A DNA stretch of 64,000 nucleotides, taken from Eledone cirrhosa (lineage: Eukaryota). The notes below the pieces were generated by a model. It was not told the origin of the DNA. It was given only the letters and a program-made list of their open reading frames with translations, and did no database searches. The stretch lies in the NCBI GenBank assembly GCA_964016885.1, contig OZ024740.1, forward strand, positions 262,880,001 through 262,944,000, in the 5' to 3' direction. Position numbers and translations under genes: made by a program. This document shows, piece by piece, positions 57,101 to 64,000 of the stretch; positions within the stretch are counted from its first letter, which is position 1; every line of letters begins with the position of its first letter.

Positions 57101-60100
57101 CCAGTAACAACAACAGTAACAACACCAGTAACAACATCAGTAACAACATCAGTAACAACATCAGTAACAACATCAGTAACAATACCATTAACTACACCAG
57201 TAACAACATCAGTAACAACAACAGTAACAACAACAGTAACAACATCAGTAACAACATCAGTAACAACATCAGTAACAACAACAGTAACAACAACAGTAAC
57301 AACATCAGTAACAACAACAGTAACAACAACAGTAACAACAACAGTAACAACAACAGTAACAACAACAGTAACAACACCAGTAACAACAACAGTAACAACA
57401 ACAGTAACAAGACCAGTAACAACAACAGTAACAACAAAAGTAACAACACCACTAACAATAACAGTAACAACACCAGTAACAACAACAGTAACAACATGAG
57501 TAACAACATCAGTAACAACATCAGTAACAACAACAGTAACAACACCAGTAACAACACCAGTAAGAACAACAGTAACAACAACAGTAACAACACCAGTAAC
57601 AACATCAGTAACAACACCAGTAACAACATCAGTAACAACATCAGTAACGACATAAGTAACAACATCAGTAACAACACCAGTAACAACACCAGTAACAACA
57701 ACAGTAACAACACCAGTAACAACAACAGTAACAACAACAGTAACAACACCAGTAACATCAACAATAACAACACCAGTAACAACATCAGTAACAACATCAG
57801 TAACAACAACAATAACAACACCAGCAACCACATCAGTAACAACAACAGTAACAACATCAGTAACAACACCAGTAACAACATCAGTAACAACAACAACAGT
57901 AACAACAACAGTAACAACATCAGTAACGACATCAGTAACAACATCAGTAACAACAACAATAACAACAACAGTAACAACAACAGTAACAACATCAGTAACA
58001 ACATCAGTAACAACATCAGTAACAACATTAGTAACAACACCAGTAACAACATCAGTAACAACATCAGTAACAACAACAGTAACAACACCAGTAACAACAT
58101 CAGTAACAGCACCAGTAACAACATCAGTAACAACAACAGTAACAACACCAGTAACAACAATAGTAACAACAACAGTAACAACAACAGTAACAACACCAGT
58201 AACATCAACAATAACAACACCAGTAACAACATCAGTAACAACATCAGTAACAACAACAACAACAACAACACCAGTAACAACAACAGTAACAACTTCAGTA
58301 ACAACATCAGTAACAACAGCAGTAACAACACCAGTAACAACACCAGTAACAACAACAGTAACAACATCAGTAACAACATCAGTAACAACACCAGTAACAA
58401 CACCAGTAACAATACCAGTAACAGCATCAGTAACAACACCAGTAACAACATCAGTAACAACATCAGTAACAGCATCAGTAACAACAGCAGTAACAACATC
58501 AGTAACAACACCAGTAACAACATCAGTAACAACATCAGTAACAACAACAGTAACAACAGCAGTAACAACAACAGTAACAACAACAGTAACAACAACAGTA
58601 ACAACATCAGTAACAACACCAGTAACAACATCAGTAACAACACCAGTAACAACATCAGTAACAACAACAGTAACAACAACAGTAACAACAGTAACAACAC
58701 CAGTAACAACATCAGTAACAACACCAGTAACAACACCAGTAACAACATCAGTAACTAACACCAGTAACAACACCTGTAACAACATCAGTAACAATATCAG
58801 TAACAACACCAGTAACAACAACAGTAACAACAACAGTAACAAAATCAGTAACAACATCAGTAACAACACCAGTAACAACACCAGTAACAACAACAGTAAC
58901 AACTTCAGTAACAACATCAGTAACAACAGCAGTAACAACACCAGTAACAACACCAGTAACAACACCAGTAACAACATCAGTAACAACAACAGTAACAACA
59001 ACATGAACAACAACAGTAACAACATCAGTAACAACATCAGTAACAACATCAGTAACAACATCAGTAACAACAACAGTAACAGCATCAGTAACAACATCAG
59101 TAACAACAACATTAACAACAACAGTAACAACATCAGTAACAACTTCAGTAACAACCACAGTAACAACAGCAGTAACAACAACAGTAACAACATCAGTAAC
59201 AACTTCAGTAACAACATCAGTAACAACAACAGTAACAACACCAGTAACAACACCAGTAACAACACCAGTGACAACAACAGTAACAACAACAGTAACAACA
59301 TCAGTAACAAAATCAGTAACAACATCAGTAACAACACCAGTAACAACAACAGTAACAACTTCAGTAACAACAACAGTAACAACAGCAGTAACAACACCAG
59401 TAACAACATCAGTAACAACACCAGTAACAACATCAGTAACAACATCAGTAACAGCATCAGTAACAACAGCAGTAACACATCAGTAACAACACCAGTAACA
59501 ACATCAGTAACAACATCAGTAACAACATCAGTAACTAACACCAGTAACAACACCAGTAACAACATCAGTAACAACATCAGTAACAACACCAGTAACAACA
59601 ACAGTAACAACAACAGTAACAAAATCAGTAACAACATCAGTAACAACACCAGTAACAACAACAGTAACAAAAACAGTAACAACAACAGTAACAACAACAG
59701 TAAACAACAACAGTAACAACATCAGTAGCAACATCAGTAACAACATCTGTAACAACACCAGTAACAAAACCAGTAACAACACCAGTAACAACAACAGTAA
59801 CAACATCAGTAACAACATCAGTAACAACACCAGTAACAAATTCAGTAACAACATCAGTAACAACAACAGTAACAACACCAGTAACAACACCAGTAACAAC
59901 ACCAGTAACAACAACAGTAACAACAACAGTAACAACATCAGTAACAACATCAGTAACAACAACAGTAACAACAACAGTAACAACATCAGTAACAACTTCA
60001 GTAACAACATCAGTAACAACAGCAGTAACAACACCAGTAACAACACCAGTAACAACACCAGTAACAACAACAGTAACAACATCAGTAACAACATCAGTAA

Positions 60101-63100
60101 CAACACCAGTAACAACACCAGTAACAATACCAGTAACAACATCAGTAACATCACCAGTAACAACATCAGTAACAACATCAGTAACAGCATCAGTAACAAC
60201 AGCAGTAACAACATCAGTAACAACACCAGTAACAACACCAGTAACAACAACAGTAACAACAACAGTAACAAAATCAGTAACAACATCAGTAACAACACCA
60301 GTAACAACAACAGTAACAACAACAGTAACAAAATCAGTAACAACATCAGTAACAACACCAGTAACAACAACAGTAACAAAAACAGTAACAACAACAGTAA
60401 CAACAACAGTAAACAACAACAGTAACAACATCAGTAGCAACATCAGTAACAACACCACTAACAATAACAGTAACAACACCAGTAACAACAACAGTAACAA
60501 CATGAGTAACAACATCAGTAACAACATCAGTAACAACAACAGTAACAACATCAGTAACAACATCAGTAACAACAACAGTAACAACAACAGTAACAACACC
60601 AGTAACAACAACAGTAACAACAACAGTAACAAGACCAGTAACAACAACAGTAACAACAAAAGTAACAACACCACTAACAATAACAGTAACAACACCAGTA
60701 ACAACAACAGTAACAACATGAGTAACAACATCAGTAACAACATCAGTAACAACAACAGTAACAACATCAGTAACAACATCAGTAACAACAACAGTAACAA
60801 CAACAGTAACAACATCAGTAACAACTTCAGTAACAACATCAGTAACAACAGCAGTAACAACACCAGTAACAACACCAGTAACAACACCAGTAACAACAAC
60901 AGTAACAACATCAGTAACAACATCAGTAACAACACCAGTAACAACACCAGTAACAACACCAGTAACAACAACAGTAACAACAACAGTAACAAAATCAGTA
61001 ACATCATCAGTAACAACACCAGTAACAACAACAGTAACAAAAACAGTAACAACAACAGTAACAACAACAGTAAACAACAACAGTAACAACATCAGTAGCA
61101 ACATCAGTAACAACATCAGTAACAACACCAGTAACAAAACCAGTAACAACACCAGTAACAACACCAGTAACAAAACCAGTAACAACAACAGTAACAACAT
61201 CAGTAACAGCATCAGTAACAACACCAGTAACAACACCAGTAACAATACCAGTAACAACATCAGTAACAACACCAGTAACAACATCAGTAACAACATCAGT
61301 AACAGCATCAGTAACAACAGCAGTAACAACATCAGTAACAACACCAGTAACAACATCAGTAACAACATCAGTAACAACATCAGTAACTAACACCAGTAAC
61401 AACACCAGTAACAACATCAGTAACAACATCAGTAACAACACCAGTAACAACAACAGTAACAACAACAGTAACAAAATCAGTAACATCATCGGTAACAACA
61501 CCAGTAACAACAACAGTAACAAAAACAGTAACAACAACAGTAACAACAACAGTAAACAACAACAGTAACAACATTAGTAGCAACATCAGTAACAACACCA
61601 GTAACAACAACAGTAACAACAACAGTAACAAAATCAGTAACATCATCGGTAACAACACCAGTAACAACAACAGTAACAAAAACAGTAACAACAACAGTAA
61701 CAACAACAGTAAACAACAACAGTAACAACATTAGTAGCAACATCAGTAACAACATCAGTAACAACACCAGTAACAAAACCAGTAACAACACCAGTAACAA
61801 CAACAGTAACAACATCAGTAACAACATCAGTAACAACATCAGTAACAACAACAGTAACAACATCAGTAACAACAACAGTAACAACAACAGTAACAACATC
61901 AGTAACAACATCAGTAATAACAACTGTAACAACAGCAGTAACAACAACAGTAACAACAACAACAGTAACAACAACAGTAACAACATCAGTAACAACAACA
62001 GTAACAACACCAGTAACAACAACAGTAACAACACCAGTAACAACACCAGTAACAACATCAGTAACAACATCAATAATAACAACTGTAACAACAACAGTAA
62101 CAACAAAAGTAACAACAACAGTAACAACAACAACAGTAACAACAACAGTAACAACAACAGTAACAACACCAGTAACAAAACCAGTAACAACACCAGTAAC
62201 AACAACAGTAACAACACCAGTAACAACACCAGTAACAACAACAGTAACAACACCAGTAACAACATCAGTAACAACACCAGTAACAACAACAGTAACAACA
62301 ACAGTAACAAAACCAGTAACAACAACAGTAACAACACCAGTAACAACACCAGTAACAACATCAGTAACAACAACAGTAACAACAACAGTAACAACAACAG
62401 TAACAACACCAGTAACAACAACAGTAACAACACCAGTAACAACATCAGTAACAACATCAGTAACAACATCAGTAACAACATCAGTAACAATACCATTAAC
62501 TACACCAGTAACAACATCAGTAACAACAACAGTAACAACAACAGTAACAACATCAGTAACAACATCAGTAACAACATCAGTAACAACAACAGTAACAACA
62601 ACAGTAACAACATCAGTAACAACAACAGTAACAACAACAGTAACAACAACAGTAACAACAACAGTAACAACAACAGTAACAACACCAGTAACAACAACAG
62701 TAACAACAACAGTAACAAGACCAGTAACAACAACAGTAACAACAAAAGTAACAACACCACTAACAATAACAGTAACAACACCAGTAACAACAACAGTAAC
62801 AACATGAGTAACAACATCAGTAACAACATCAGTAACAACAACAGTAACAACACCAGTAACAACACCAGTAAGAACAACAGTAACAACAACAGTAACAACA
62901 CCAGTAACAACATCAGTAACAACACCAGTAACAACATCAGTAACAACATCAGTAACGACATAAGTAACAACATCAGTAACAACACCAGTAACAACACCAG
63001 TAACAACAACAGTAACAACACCAGTAACAACAACAGTAACAACAACAGTAACAACACCAGTAACATCAACAATAACAACACCAGTAACAACATCAGTAAC

Positions 63101-64000
63101 AACATCAGTAACAACAACAATAACAACACCAGCAACCACATCAGTAACAACAACAGTAACAACATCAGTAACAACATCAGTAACAACATCAGTAACAACA
63201 ACAACAGTAACAACAACAGTAACAACATCAGTAACGACATCAGTAACAACATCAGTAACAACAACAATAACAACAACAGTAACAACAACAGTAACAACAT
63301 CAGTAACAACATCAGTAACAACATCAGTAACAACATTAGTAACAACACCAGTAACAACATCAGTAACAACATCAGTAACAACAACAGTAACAACACCAGT
63401 AACAACATCAGTAACAGCACCAGTAACAACATCAGTAACAACAACAGTAACAACACCAGTAACAACAATAGTAACAACAACAGTAACAACAACAGTAACA
63501 ACACCAGTAACATCAACAATAACAACACCAGTAACAACATCAGTAACAACATCAGTAACAACAACAACAACAACAACACCAGTAACAACAACAGTAACAA
63601 CTTCAGTAACAACATCAGTAACAACAGCAGTAACAACACCAGTAACAACACCAGTAACAACAACAGTAACAACATCAGTAACAACATCAGTAACAACACC
63701 AGTAACAACACCAGTAACAATACCAGTAACAGCATCAGTAACAACACCAGTAACAACATCAGTGACAACATCAGTAACAGCATCAGTAACAACAGCAGTA
63801 ACAACATCAGTAACAACACCAGTAACAACATCAGTAACAACATCAGTAACAACAACAGTAACAACAGCAGTAACAACAACAGTAACAACAACAGTAACAA
63901 CAACAGTAACAACATCAGTAACAACACCAGTAACAACATCAGTAACAACACCAGTAACAACATCAGTAACAACAACAGTAACAACAACAGTAACAACAGT
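54126..64000. repeat. 12-bp minisatellite AGTAACAACA(T/A/C)C, at least 9.9 kb, with higher-order duplications
   Basis: Direct reading. Identical ORF-track entries recur at an offset of 5308 bp (56072/61380, 55699/61007, 57192/62500). Confidence 0.97.

Noticed and set aside
54006-63996. Very long poly-Leu, VVTD and SNN ORFs (up to 1120 aa)
   Set aside because: They are an automatic consequence of a 12-bp repeat that lacks stops in five frames, and indels shift between frames.
54126-64000. CRISPR array or telomeric repeat
   Set aside because: There are no unique spacers or cas genes, the context is eukaryotic, and the unit is not TTAGGG-like.

Overview
AT-rich, repeat-dominated animal genomic DNA with no confidently identifiable host gene. 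The SINE and repeat types resemble those of octopus/cephalopods, which is an inference. (1) 1-13.5 kb is a nest of decayed non-LTR retrotransposons on a (TTA/TAA)n microsatellite. It holds two 5'-truncated R4/Dong-like RT + restriction-like endonuclease copies on the minus strand and three copies of one L1/Tx1-clade LINE (a 3' fragment, a near full-length copy and an internally deleted copy). (2) 23.8-53.5 kb is (AT)n-rich and packed with Penelope-like element (PLE) remnants: three GIY-YIG fragments, fold-back/inverted pseudo-LTRs, and ORF-less units that are tandem or circularly permuted. These carry roughly a dozen type I hammerhead ribozyme motifs (CTGANGA...GAAA, palindromic stem III) from at least seven sequence families. 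Several have unusually long stem II arms and a non-canonical closing pair, which suggests a retrozyme-like self-cleaving/circular RNA system. tRNA-derived SINEs and an RTE fragment are interspersed. (3) 54.1-64 kb is a 12-bp minisatellite (AGTAACAACA[T/A/C]C) with a 5308-bp higher-order duplication. All structures were read by eye; nothing was computed or searched.
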